From: Callorhinchus milii
Taxonomy: Eukaryota
Assembly (NCBI RefSeq): GCF_018977255.1
Contig: NW_024704742.1
Location: 54,872,001 to 54,936,000, forward strand
Reading direction: 5' to 3'
DNA: 64,000 nucleotides
Shown one piece after another: positions 48,111 through 60,800 of this stretch (the stretch's first letter is position 1; each line of letters starts with the position of its first letter). A program made the translations under genes and the position numbers. A model generated the notes under the pieces. It was not told where the DNA came from and made no database searches. It was given only the letters and a program-made list of their open reading frames with translations.

Positions 48111-49806
48111 AATACCAACTTCATTTATATAGGGCCCTTCACACTGTGTAGTATCTCTGAGTGCTTAATAGTGGTTGAGCTTGACACTGAGCTGGGGAGA
48201 AAAGGGAAGGTGATTGTGGGCACATTCAAAGAGGAAGGTGTTCAGGTATGATCTGTAGTGGGGCAAAGAGCTGCAAGGAAAAGGGATTGTGGCAGAGTTG
48301 CGGTGTGTAGTGCAGAAAACACAGCCACTGATAGTGGATGGGAGTAGATGAGGGATATGCAGGAAGCCGGAGCTAGTTGAGCACAGGCAGCACGTAGAGG
48401 AATGGAGTGTAAGTAGCCAGGGGAGCTACGGAGGTGCCAGGGCATGAAGTGATTTCTACATGAGTATTGAGAGTTTGTGGAGTTTGGCAAGGACTTGGGT
48501 GATGGGGACAGAGTTTGGTGTGGGTGAGGATATGGGCGTCGGAGGATGTAATAAAAATCATTATAGCAATGGTCAATTTTATCCACCCATTTTAAAATGT
48601 GAGAAATCTCAGAATTACACTCCCAAAACTCTAATGTTTCAAAGATCAAGGTGGAAAAGAGAATAATAAGACCATTGGTCTCATTTTCAATAAAGTCTTG
48701 CTAGGACCCATCAGGTGTTATTTGCTCATCTTTGATAAGTCCCCAAAATAGTGTTTGGTAAGATAATCCATTTGATATTAAGTATTAAAGCAAAATCTTT
48801 ACGTGATAACAGTGTGAAACTTTGGTGTTTGTAAAACAAAATCAGTGTTCCTCACTTTGAGACTGGCAACTGGAATAAAAGCAGTGTTCATCATTCTTCA
48901 CAATCATTTGAGCAAATCAGTTTCAAAATATAATTCTACCAATGCTCACTTATATTGTATTAAACCAGTTGGGTTTAATACAATATACCAATCTAATAGA
49001 ATATAAATTCTCCAAGACAAAATGACAATAAGACTTTTGTTTCCCCCTATACATTCATCAATAAAAGGAAAACCTGGAAAATCTTGAGGCAATGTATTAG
49101 TCATAATATTTTGCAAAACATTCCTTATCTAACTCAATTTGTAGGACAGCTCCCTAATGAAAGAACAAGAGTACAGTGAAGAAAAATGAACATGTCAGTA
49201 AGCATTATTTCAGCCAGCTCATTTTTTTTTGTAAAGCTTTATTGCCAGAGGTTTTGTACATTGATGAGAAGTGTTGTTCTGTTTTGATCGGGTTCTTTTG
49301 CTATCAGTTTAAGCTGTGGCACTTTGTTGCTAAAATGCATTTTAATGGAGTATTTTGAGTATGCATTTGTATTATCAGAATAACATATTGTACATGGGAA
49401 TTGATGTTGCTGTCTGTCATGCTCCGTAACACTGGAAATTTAGTCAACTAACATAAAGACATGCAATTGTTCCAAATTGCAACCAGCCATGTATATTTGA
49501 CGTTTTTGGTTGCTGCAGTTGAAAAATAAATTGCGCCAATGAGTGCCTTGCATTGCTCATTTGCATAGGTACACTGTTCACCATCTGTACCCTGGTGTTA
49601 AAGCATCTGATAATGCAACAAATAAGTACTGTAGACCATTGAGTTAATTAGTAGGAAAAAAACTCAGTTGTGGATAATTATTAAAGGCAAACCAATTTAT
49701 GAAAGTAAGCAAGCAAATTAAATTGCAGGATTAACCAAACAAAACAAACGATTTTTCAGTGACTTGCCTTGAGAGCAATATAAGAATGGTGAATGGGCAG
49801 CTCAGG

Positions 49807-50128
49807 AATAATAATCCTTGCAATAATCCTTGCATTTGATATAGAGCTTTTCACGTCGGGAGGACGTCCCAAAGCGCTTCACAGAACACACTGTAAAGTG
49901 AATTGACCGTATATTTGTGGGCGAACGCGGCAGCCAATTGCGCACAGCAATGTCCCACAAACAACCGTAGATTGAAAATGACCAATTTTATTATTGTTTT
50001 TGTTTTGGAGGGATTATTATTAGGAGTGTGGAGTAAGGAAACTTGCCCAAGGTTTCGCCCTGCCTGGAATTGAACTCAGGTCTCTCGCTTGCAAAGCGAG
50101 TGCTCTAACCACTGAGCTACAGGACACC
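49807..50128 (-). mobile_element. tRNA-Ala-headed SINE, young subfamily
   Basis: Reverse complement of the family; 12-nt tail duplication. Confidence 0.93.
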
Positions 50129-50744
50129 ACGAATAGAGCTAGGATACAGTGAGAAAAATCTTAAAAAGGACATGACCCTGCAAGTTTACTCACCTTAATA
50201 GATTGTTGGGGGGGGGGGGGATGGGACGGATTTGATCTATTAGATTGATGTTTCATATTCAAAAACAATACAAAACAAATTTACATTTATATCACACCTT
50301 TCATGTTGGGAGGACAGCCCAAATGCTCAACAGTACTGGTTAGGCACCGACAGTGATAGACAAGGGAGAAAAAGATTTTTTTCCCAAAAGTCAGAAATAC
50401 ATCACCATGCTTACAAACATCCAAACCACTCTACGTATGCTTGTAAATTTCCTTTTGCATGGAATGGAATGTACGCAGTCTCTCCCCAAGGGAATACACA
50501 CTGCTTTGCTACTCCTGGAAAGTATTAGGTGCAAATTAGCAATAGCCAACTCCCGAGGACCCCAGCAAATGAAAATAAATCACTATTGGTATTGAAATGC
50601 ACACAATTTTAAATAAGTAACAATTTATAAGTAAATAAATTTAAAACGTTTCAAGGCACGTGTTTGCTTGTAAGCAAGTGCTTTTAGTTCATGGGTTCAC
50701 ATGATTGTTGTAATGAACTATGTGAGAAAGTACCTTGCATTAAA

Positions 50745-51655
50745 CAGACCACCTGCTCCCTCGACCCCTCTCCTTACCTCCCACCTCCTTGCCCCTCTAC
50801 TCACAGACATCACAAACCTCTCCCTGTCCACTGATACCATTCCCACCCCTTTAAAAACGGCCTTCATCACTCCTATCCTTAAAAAACCCTCCCTGGATCC
50901 ATTTCTGCTCTCAAATTACTGCCCCATCTCCAACCTCCCTTTCCACTACAAGGTCCTGGGACGAGTCATTGTTTCCCAGCTTCGCTCCTTCCTCTCCCGC
51001 CACTCCCTTCACGAACACCTCCAATCGGGTTTCCGTGCCGCCCACAGCACAGAAACAGTCCTGGTCAAAGTGTCAAATGACATTCGGTCTGTCTGTGATC
51101 AGGGCTTCCTCTGCCTTCTCATCCTCCTTGACCTCTCTGCTGGCTTCGACACCATTGACCACTCTTTCCTCATTCACCGCCTCTCCTCTCACCTCAACCT
51201 TCATGGTTCAGTCCTTGAATGGTTTAGATCGTACCTCACACCACCTGCACTTCATCGCCACAAAGGTTTCTCCTCTGGCTCCCGCACCGCCTCTCCTGCA
51301 CCAGGCTCCGTCACCCCCATTCTCGCCCAACTCCGCTGGCTTCCCATCACACAGAGGATACAGTTCAAGATCCTGGTCCCCACCTTCAAAGCCCTCCATG
51401 GCCTCACTCCCCCCTACCTCTGCGACCTCCTAACCTCCTACCATCCTGCCCGCTCTCTCCGCTCAGCAGGCTCCGGCCTGCTTCACGTCCCCGCCTCGCC
51501 TACCCCATCAATGGCAGGCAGGCCTTCTGCAACGCTGCCCCCACCCTCTGGAACTCCATCCTGCAGTCCCTCCACTTTGCTTGCCTCTTTTAAGACCCAT
51601 TTCAAGACCCTCCTCTTCGACCATGCTTCGATCACCCTCTTCCCCTCCCCATCCA
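50745..51655 (+). mobile_element. L2-clade LINE fragment with internal deletion
   Basis: The 325-aa ORF joins RT N-terminal motifs directly to the C-terminal LRWLPITQRIQFKIL region; GVPQG/YADD segment absent. Confidence 0.9.
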
Positions 51656-51724
51656 CTAAATTGTGGTGGTGTCGATAGAATACCCGAGTATAAATAAAAC
51701 AAGCATCCATAGCTTACATATGTA

Positions 51725-53858
51725 AGAAACAAATCTGAAGCCTTTATTTACAAAAAGGTTTAAAAACAAATAATACCTTGTTTTTCACATAATTTTTTTT
51801 AAAAAAAGACCATCAAGTTACAGTGCTGTAACTTAATGAAAGAACAGAACACGTTAATTACATTATAGTCACACGGTCTGGAGATTTTTGACCTGTTACA
51901 AACTCTTTTGAATCTAATAAGGACCGACATTCTGCAACATGCATTTGATGGTTTCAGGCAAGTATCAGCTAAAAGTTTTCCAGCACAGTTGCTCTAAAGG
52001 CATGCAGAATACACTGCATTGGACTTGACAATATATTACATTGTGTTTCCAGCCAATATACAATATACTAAAGGGGTTGCATAGCAAGTCATGCTGCATC
52101 AAAACCAGCATCACGCTCAATTAACACACCTATGTAATGCTGCTCCTGGATAACTTATGTGCGCATTTGCAATACTGAAAAAAANGGCAATTTGCCTTTT
52201 CAAAGATTTTAAAATTTCACTTAATTTGATGCTACAGAGGAAAATGTTAAATAAAACAGTTGTACTAAAGTGTCAAAAGTATGCATTTTCATGAATCAAA
52301 TTGTGCAATAGTCTTACTATTACATTCCAACCAGTATTACAATCAATCTCTGCAACACACTGTTAATCAGCCACATTAAGATGTATCTGTCACTATCAAT
52401 GGTCAAAGATTGAATTTACAGACCAGCATTCTAACCCATGTAAAAGGGTGATACATTTTGCCAGTTCAAGATTAGGCCACTAGGGTGCAATGACATCATG
52501 GAAAAAGCATCAGGTTTTCTTCCCTCATTTGTGAATGCGTGACTCCCTCCAGTCGATCTATGGAATACCACTGGATTGAAAGGATCTATGCCCGTTTGCC
52601 CACTGGGCAGTTAAGAGGAGGATGACATTAAAGTGGGGAGAAAACAATAAAAACACTGGTTAAAATGCAATTATTAGGTAAGAAAAAGGTTGGTTTTGAA
52701 CAATAAGATTTAATGAAAGGAAAACATGTGAAGCTTAAAAAAAACCTTTGCAAGTCAGACATTGCCTCTTTTGCTAAAGCCCAGGGAAGCCTACTTTTGG
52801 AGTAAGAAAAATGCCCACACACTGCTGTGATTAACTACTGCCATTGAGACGAAAGAAACTATATCTTCCGTATGGTTGTTGGTTTTTCTAATAAACAGTG
52901 GAGTTTCCAAATTCTCAAAGAGAACATCTATCAGTTCAATACAACAGCTTATTTTACCATAAGTATGATTGCATCACATACACAGAATAGCACGAATTAC
53001 ATCAGTGCTGAGATGTGATCAATATAAATTTTAGGATATAATTAATCTCATTCAAATCTTATTTCAGCAATGCAATTCAGAATAAATGTACTAAATGGAC
53101 ATAGTAACAGAGATGCTGTGTGTGTGATGCTGGTTTTGGTTCAGCTAGCTGCACTTTGATATGTTAGAGCTGTCTACATGTCCAGAAGATGTAAAATGGA
53201 ATATTGTAAGGCAACACTCACAGGCCTTCTTCTTTAGCTGCAGTAAATACAAGAGCGTCGGTAATATGATTTGCCGTCACAAACCAGAAGTGGAGATGCT
53301 GTCACAGGAAGCCAGGGGCAGGGAGAATCCACCAACAGCAACCCAATGGTGTGAAGTAGTTCAAGTTTCTGGGCCTTCTTATCTCACTTGTGAGAACAAG
53401 AAGCAGCAAAAATTCACATAAAATAGAGGAACCAGTCACTCTCTAAAGTGCAAATTTGATGGTCCACAATCCTGAATAGCTAAAACTCCTGTTCTTTTCA
53501 TTTTAAACGCCACATATTAAATGGGAATGGTAAATAACCAGTTGATATTTATTGCATACTTTTTAAGAAAAAGGGAAAAAAATAACGGCGTGAAAATCCA
53601 ATCAGGTGCTTTTTNCTTCCCATTTTCTTCGCTAACATAAGGTTTCCTAAATCGGAACTGGTCGAATTATACTTACATTGTGTTTTCTTATCAAGAATGT
53701 CTGCAAGCTCTTGGCACAAGTGTAGTGAACAGAAAGAACAGGGAAAAGGCAGGTAACTTTCAGAAACAGGGATAAACCTTATTGTCTGAGTGATTCAGAC
53801 ACAGATAAAAATCAGATCCAGTATTATGTGGCCCAAAAATTAATCTCCTCACTTCAGG
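51725..53858 (-). other. CNOT7: CNOT7 3'UTR (~2.1 kb)
   Basis: Repeat-free AU-rich stretch from the stop codon to a minus-strand AATAAA at 51743-51748, followed by U/GU-rich sequence and then an L2 element. Confidence 0.7.
51743..51748 (-). terminator. CNOT7 polyadenylation signal AATAAA
   Basis: TTTATT on + at the end of the repeat-free UTR, in context TGTAAATAAAGG on -. Confidence 0.65.
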
Positions 53859-53990
53859 TCAAGGCTGGTGCTTATTGGCTTCTTCTTCATATGCATTCCC
53901 TGTCCCATTTTGTACATATGATGAGCCTGAGCCGAGACCATACAGGTGACCACAGTATTTGGCATCATCGATGTGATCCTCAAAGAACAT
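53859..53990 (-). CDS. CNOT7: CNOT7 last coding exon
   Basis: ttccAG|ATG TTC TTT GAG...CAC CAG CCT TGA; MFFEDHIDDAKYCGHLYGLGSGSSYVQNGTGNAYEEEANKHQP*. The tail is CNOT7-type rather than CNOT8-type. Confidence 0.96.
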   Translation of the reverse strand: MFFEDHIDDAKYCGHLYGLGSGSSYVQNGTGNAYEEEANKHQP

Positions 53991-55154
53991 CTGGAAGAGA
54001 ATAATCACAAAACGTCACAACATGAAAATATAATATCAATTTACAACCACAGAAAGTGACATCAGCGGTGATCTGATAATCCAGAAATCATCCATTTTTA
54101 ACGCTTGGGAAGCCAGGAGTTTGGCAGTCTTTGTTTTGATGGGGCTCCCCCCACAAACAGTCCGTCCACAGGATATCCAATTCAATTACTGCTTGACACA
54201 TATACTGATTTGAGTTGATATTTAAATTTGTACCCCACAGGAGTACTCTTCTCTGCCATTTTTAAAATATTATTTTTCTACAAACAGAATTTTAAAAATA
54301 TATCAGTACATCTGACTGAGCCAAGGCAACTCATTAGAGAGTAATATTTAGGATCAGAAGCACCATACATAAAGTAAATACAGTAAAGGATTATTAAAAG
54401 ATATAGTCCCTTTGAACCAAAATTTGTAACAAAGGTCAGATTATATACTTGACACTATAGGAGGGCATAGGTAGCAGAGAGGGAACATATGTGATAAATT
54501 TATTTCAATGCAGAGAAATGTGAAGCAGTGCATTTTGGGGAGGGAAAACAAAGCAAGAAAGAAAATGGTAAAGGGGAATATTCCAAAAATGAAAGAGCAG
54601 AGAGACCTCGGAGTACAGATGCATTGAAGCAATTGCTGACTCAATCCCTCTGCCTTTCGCCCTCCTTGTCCATCTTCAGATCACACCTGAAGAACTTCTT
54701 CTTCGACTGTGCCAACGGTCACCTCCCCACCTCTCCCTCTGCACCACTGTTTAGCACTCCAGATGCTACCCTGTTGAAGAGTGCTATATAAATGCAAGTT
54801 GTTTGTTGTTGAAGTTGATTACATGGGAATAGGACTGTTATCTTCAGAAGAAACTAATCTGTATCAGGTTGCATTAGGTTCAGCAATGTTGTACTGTAGC
54901 AGGCAGCATAACAGCACCAACAAGTAGAATGTTTTGACTGTTGTATCGAGAATATTTCTCATGCCCTGGGACTAGGATAATACAACACAAATTTACATAT
55001 GTCAGAAGGACATCTGAAGGCACTTGACAGTCCTGACTTTGAAACTGAGCTGAAGGTGGAGAGTGTTTGTGTTTGGAGGGGGGGGGGATAATATATGAAG
55101 GAGTTTGATGCCAGAGTATACAATGGCTTCCATAGACTCCTTGTGAAATGTTAA

Positions 55155-55500
55155 CAACAACTTGCACTTATTTAGCGCCCTCCACGTAAGGCAGTGTCTC
55201 AGAGCGCTTAACAATGGCGGAGCCTGACTCCAAGCTGGGGGGGAAGCTGGCCTTAAGCACGGTCGAAAAGGAAGGTTTTAAGGCAGGACTTGAAAAAGGG
55301 GAGAGAGGGGGCAAGGCGGAGGGATTGAGGAAGAGTGTTCCAGAGTTTTGTGGCGTAGTGGCTGAAAACACAACCTCAGTGGAGCAGAAGGTCCGAGGAA
55401 CAAGCAGGAGGCTGGTGCTAGTCGAGCGAAGGCACCGGGCGGTGGATTGGGGAGTGAGGAGGTCGGAGAGGTAGGGAGATGTCAGGAAGTGAAGCGACGT
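55155..55500 (-). mobile_element. L2 3' fragment (second tail type)
   Basis: Minus strand ...GCGCTCTGAGACACTGCCTTACGTGGAGGGCGCTAAATAAGTGCAAGTTGTTG; relatives at ~12125-12300, 23250-23521, 42860-43080, 48115-48545, 54640-54810, 56230-56460. Confidence 0.8.
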
Positions 55501-56029
55501 AAGAGAGTTAAGTAGCTTAGTTCAAGCAAACACCACCTTCTTAATTAAGCAGTCAACACTACGAAGGTAAATTTACCAGATGTGGCGGTGTGAGTTTATG
55601 ATGAAATTGTCTCATTACTAGCTCACTGTCAAGGTCTGTAAATTTATAAGCAGACAAACACACCTGAAACAATTTGTCTACAGAGAGAAGATAACAATAA
55701 TAATCCTTGCATTTCATATAGCGTCTTATCACGTCCAAAGGAAGTCTCAAAGCACTTCACAGGATTTACTGTGAAGTGAACTGACTGTATATTTGTAGGG
55801 AAATGCAGCAGCCCAATTGCGGACATGAAACAGCCTCAAACAGCCATGAAACGAGTGACCAATTTTACTTGAGGGATTGTTGGCCAGGACACCAGGAGAA
55901 ATTCCCTTTGGGAGAAAGATGACCAGCAGATGTATCCAAACCAATGGCAATCCCACATAGATGATCCGAGTAGGACCCACACATACAAGGTATAAACTTT
56001 TCAATGAACTTCATTTTGTTAATACACAC

Positions 56030-56140
56030 CTCTCGCATTTTGAAAAAGGCCATTCCTGTTAACAGTGAGTCTGAACCTGCTTGATGCTGTGGCCCAATTC
56101 GCTCCAACTCCAATTGTTCAGCTACTTCCTGCAAACCACC
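56030..56140 (-). CDS. CNOT7: CNOT7 coding exon, 111 nt
   Basis: gtgcAG|GGT GGT TTG...CGA GAG|GTgtgt; [37 protein letters not shown], with the HQAGSD active-site motif. Confidence 0.97.
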
Positions 56141-56769
56141 CTGCACAAAAACAAATTTCATTTATCGTTTGAAAAAAGAAATTATAAATAATACAGAACT
56201 ATACTGACTCTCTTTCTCTCAGTTTGCAATAACTTGCATTTAGATAGCACGCTTCATGCAGGGTAGTGTCTCAAAGCGCTGACTAAGAGCATAGTTTGAT
56301 GCTGCGCTGTGGAGAAAGGAGAGGTTACCGAAGCTACAGTCAAAGAGAAAAGTCTTCAAATGTTATCTGAAAAGTCGTAAAGAGGATGCAAGGCAGAGAG
56401 ATAGAGGTAGGACGTTCAGGGTGTAGTGGCTGAAGGCAGAGACCCCAATGGAGCGGAGAACGCCCTAGTTGGACGAATGTTTATATTAAATAATTATTAA
56501 TTTGGACTATTAGATGCGATGGTCAGATACGATATAGGTTTTAAGTTACAAGATATATTACCCAGCTTCTAATTTCGGACATACTGTTATCGAAATGCAC
56601 TCTTCAGATACACCAGTAATTTTCCACAGGAAATGGATAGAGGAGGAGGAAAACATCAAGAGACTCAGATCCACCCAACCCTGACTTCATCTACAACACA
56701 ATGGTTAGCTAAAAAGTCATAGAGGTGGAGACCAGTCTAATGAAATGTTCACAACAATGAGGAGGTTTT

Positions 56770-57195
56770 CTTTGGTCAGACGGATGGATGACACATGAGG
56801 AAACCCATCACATACTTAAGAGTATGGAAGCCAGATTGAAAATTCAACATCATATGCCACCTACAAGTGGAAATTTACTCGTGCCTGCAATGGAATACAC
56901 ACTCTCTCTCTGGAGGGCTGCACCTGCTTACCTAATTTCAGAAGAATATCAGGTGCAGGTTCACAAGAGCCAAGTCTTGGAGATTGCAGAGTACTGCTGG
57001 AATTTACCAATTAAAAAACATAGCTTGCTACAGTCTGGCAAACTTCCCTCCTACTTGTCCAGCTAGGACCATCTTACTGGTTAGGGCTTTGGCTCACGTA
57101 AATGGGAGCTGCCCCCAGTGACTGGCTTGGCTTTCCAAGTCCTGCTGATGAGACAGGCTGGCTAGTCGGTCATCAGCAGTGCTCTGGAGTACTAC
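56770..57195 (-). repeat. Unclassified interspersed repeat copy
   Basis: Shared motifs GAAACCCATCAC..ACTTAAGAGTAT, CCTGCTTACCTAATT, CCCCAGTGACTGG. Confidence 0.78.
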
Positions 57196-57469
57196 ATACT
57201 CACACCAATGTGGAGATAAGAAGACACTTACAAAACAAATGTGCCATGTATTAAAATACAAGTTCTTTTGCATAGAAAGAACATGCAATTCTTGTCAACT
57301 TTTTTTATAAATAAAATGAGATGCCACAATGACTCAGAATTGCCTCATTAAAACTTGAAAGGTTACTTTTACAGCACCAATGATGAGATTAACCTTGCAA
57401 GCACAGTAAGACTCCAGAGGCTGCTTTAACTTATATAAATCATTAGGTAGACATCAGTTAGAATACTGT

Positions 57470-57860
57470 GTGAAATCCTGGTCATCACACTTTAGAAAGG
57501 ATGTCAGGGCCATAGAGGGTGCAGAAAAATTTTACCAGGGTGAAGGGAGACTCAAAACAGGTATTTAAAAGTTTGAGGGGTTTTGATAGTCGATGGAAAA
57601 TTATTTACATTCATCAGTGAGTTGGTGACCAGGGGGCATTAAGATAACAAAGAGCAAAGCAGGAAGATTAGGAGGATTTTTAAAAACTAACAGAGACCTA
57701 TCTGAGGGTGGAATCACCTGCTGGATACACTGATCAAGGCAGAACTCATATTAAAGTTTCAATAAAGAACTAGATTGATATCTAAAAAGGAATAATTTGC
57801 AGAGGTTTGGAGAAAAGGCAGGTAAATGGGACTGACTGCATTGGTCCTTCGAAGAGACAA
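57470..57860 (+). mobile_element. CR1 LINE 3' fragment (degenerate)
   Basis: TGGTCATCACACTTTAGAAAGGATG...GAGGGTGCAGAAAA...GACCAGGGGGCATT; smaller CR1 pieces at ~11270-11335, 18908-19000 (-), 19760-19830, 27375-27520, 38140-38250, 54470-54625. Confidence 0.7.
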
Positions 57861-58737
57861 ATGGAGGTAGATATTCTTCCCACATGGTTCCTGTTACTCT
57901 GCAAACCAAAGCCCTAATGCTTTGGTTAGGTGGTTCTAGCTGGACAAGCAATAGGAAGCTTGTCAGACAGTGTTTTCATTCTAGATATTTTAGACAGCCA
58001 GCTGACAAAAAAGTCAGCAGATATAATGGGCCAAGAGCCTTTCTTCTGTGCTATACATTTCTATGGTTTTCTGTTTGCATGCAGTAGGTTTAATAATTGG
58101 GTCATAGTAGTAATCAAATGCTTATTTTAGTCATTTAATTCAATATTACAGTAATCAAGTTAGTCTTGGATGCAGGAGCAAATTAACTACTGTAATTTTA
58201 AATATTTCTTTCAATCATGGTTTATGAAATAAAAACGTGCAAAGATATGGGAATTTTCCTGGATTGGGTACCATCCTAAGAATTCAAGTATTTTCAGGAG
58301 CACAAGTTCACATCAGTTGCTGCTGAAAACCTCCCAAAATTCAATAGCCAAATCACTGATTTTTTGTGTGGAGAACTATTTATTCATTCCTTGTTTATTT
58401 ATGATCTCTGTAAATATATCAGCGTTGGCACATTCCAAATGCTTGATCTCTGCCTGGACACTAAGTTTAAGGTGAAATGTGTCAATGTGACACAATTACA
58501 CAGAAGAACAGTTTTAAGTGTGTAAAAAAAATGCTATTCGTGCCTAAATGATGAAATAAAATATTTTAACATTTATTTTCAAAAGTTCCACAAGTCTGAA
58601 GGTAGTTTGATTCATTGAGTTCCTCCATTTTACATAAATATAGAACTACTTTGTGAACTAAGTTTTGTGGTACTGATCATGCCAAAGAACGAGGCACCAT
58701 TTTTGTAATTTTCGCCTAAACTGCATATTTATCCCTT

Positions 58738-60486
58738 AGCCTCAGCTCCGTCCACAGCCACCCCCACATCACCTCTCCCTCATGGCCTACCCCCCACCCA
58801 TCCCCCCTATACTCCTTCGACCTTATCTCTCCCTCCTCCCTCACCATGACTGTCCGCAAACTGAAATCCACCACCTGCTCCCTCGATCCATCCCCACCTC
58901 TCTCCTCATCTCCCAGCTCCACATTCTGGCCCCCCTCCTGTCCGAAGTCATCAACCTCTCCCTGTCCACCGGATCAGTTCCCACCACCCTAAAATCGGCC
59001 GTCATCACCCCCATCCTGAAAAAACCTTCCCTGGATCCATCCCTCCTCTCCAACCTATCATTACTCTCCAAGGTCCTGGAACGAGGCGTCGTGTCCCAGC
59101 TCCGCTCCTTTCTCTCTCGCCATTCCCTCTTTGAAGCCCTCCAATCCGACTTCCGTGCTGCCCATAGCACGGAAACAGCCCGGGTCAAAGTCACTAATGA
59201 CATTCTGAACATCTGTGATCAGGGCTCCCTCTGCCTCCTTGTCCTCCTCGACCTCTCTGTCGCCTTCGACACTGTCGACCACTCCATCCTCATACACCGC
59301 CTCTCCTCTTTACTTAATATTCACGGACCTGTCCTTGCCTGTTTCGATTCCTATCTCTCTCACCGTCTCCACTTTGTTGCCTCTAACGGTTTCTCCTCCA
59401 CCCCCGCACTGTCACGTCTGGGGTCCCCAAAGGACTCTGTCCTTAACCCTCTCCTCTTTGATATCTACATTCTCCCCCTTGGTGACATCATCCGCAGACA
59501 TGGGGTCAACTTCCACATGTATGTGGATTACACCCAACTCTTATCTTTCTGTCTCCACCCTCAACTCCAGGACCACTGCTGTCCTGACAGACTGTCTGTC
59601 GGACATCAAGTCCTGGATGAGGGCAAATTTCCTACAGTTGAATGTGAACAAGACTGAGGCCCTCCTGATTGGCTCACGTCAGCGCCTCAGCACCTCAGGC
59701 TCTGGCAACATCAACCTCCATGGTTGCTCACTACAACTCACCAGCCAGTCAGGAACCGAGGTGTCTTGTTCGACCCTCAACTGGCTTTTCTCCCCCACAT
59801 TCAAGTCATGACCTGCTCTGCCTTCCCTCACCTCCGTAACATCGCCCGACTCCGCCACTACCTCACCCCTCAGGCCGCTGAAACTCTCGTTTATACCTTC
59901 ATCACCTTCAGGCTCGACTATGCAAACCCCTGTGTGTCGGCCTTCCCAACTCCTCCCTCCACAGGCTGCAGATAATCCAGAACTCTGCAGCCCGTGTCCT
60001 CTCCCGCACCAAACTCTGTGACGACATCCCCCCCATTCTCGTCCGACTCCATTGGCTCCCTATCCTTCAGAGGATTCGGTTCAAGATCCTGGTCCTCGCA
60101 TACAAAGCCCTCCATGGCCTCGCCCCACCCTACCCCTGTGACCTCCTAACCTCCTACCAACCCGCCCGCTCCCTCCGCTCAGCCGGCTCTGGCCTGCTCC
60201 ACTGACCCCGACCCACCCGCCCCACCATTGGCGGGAGAGCCTTCAGCCACTCTGCCCTCAACCTCTGGAATTCCATCCCCCAGTCACTCCGCCTCACCCC
60301 CTCCTTAGCCTCCTTCAAGACCTGCCTCAAGACCCTCCTCTTTGACCATGCCATCATCCACCCCCTTCCCCTCCCCTCCCTTCCCTCCCAACCCCAGCTC
60401 GGGTCTGAAATACTCTGTCCAGCACCTTGGGATGTCATCCAGACGTGAAAGGGGCTATACAAATGTAATCTTCTTGTTGTTGTTGT
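58738..60486 (+). mobile_element. L2-clade LINE, 5'-truncated, frameshifted RT, complete 3' tail
   Basis: ORF pieces [44 protein letters not shown] (degenerate YADD), FLQLNVNKTE; tail GTGAAAGGGGCTATACAAATGTAA(TTG)n; lies in a CNOT7 intron, antisense. Confidence 0.93.
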
Positions 60487-60655
60487 TACAATCTTCAAAT
60501 TTCAAACAATTCATTCTCTTCCAAAGAGCTACATTATAAAACACTGACACTGATTAATTTCCATTTTACAGCAAAGACCAAATATCCTCGAATATGATGG
60601 AAATTGCTTTAATGAAACAGCTTCAAATTATAGCATTTTCAAATTGAAATAATAC

Positions 60656-60800
60656 CTTAAGATTTTTGCAACTTTTCATGAGGTACTTCACATCATAAAT
60701 TACAGGGAAGAACAAGCGTAGAATCTCAAAGAAGTCTGGTTCTTCTTCTGGTAAATTGGAATTGGTGAGTATTTTGATCAAATAGCCAAAGTCATAACCA
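60656..60800 (-). CDS. CNOT7: CNOT7 coding exon, 145 nt
   Basis: ttacAG|T GGT TAT GAC...CTT AAG|GTatta; GYDFGYLIKILTNSNLPEEEPDFFEILRLFFPVIYDVKYLMKSCKNLK, includes the catalytic Asp of GYD. Confidence 0.97.

Noticed and set aside
32754..53615. Three N bases (32754, 52185, 53615)
   Set aside because: All at homopolymer ends; sequencing or assembly ambiguity, not biology.
58782..59811. 291-aa and 198-aa ORFs as host genes or an active retrotransposon
   Set aside because: Frameshifted pieces of one 5'-truncated L2 with a degenerate YADD (YVDY) and no endonuclease domain.
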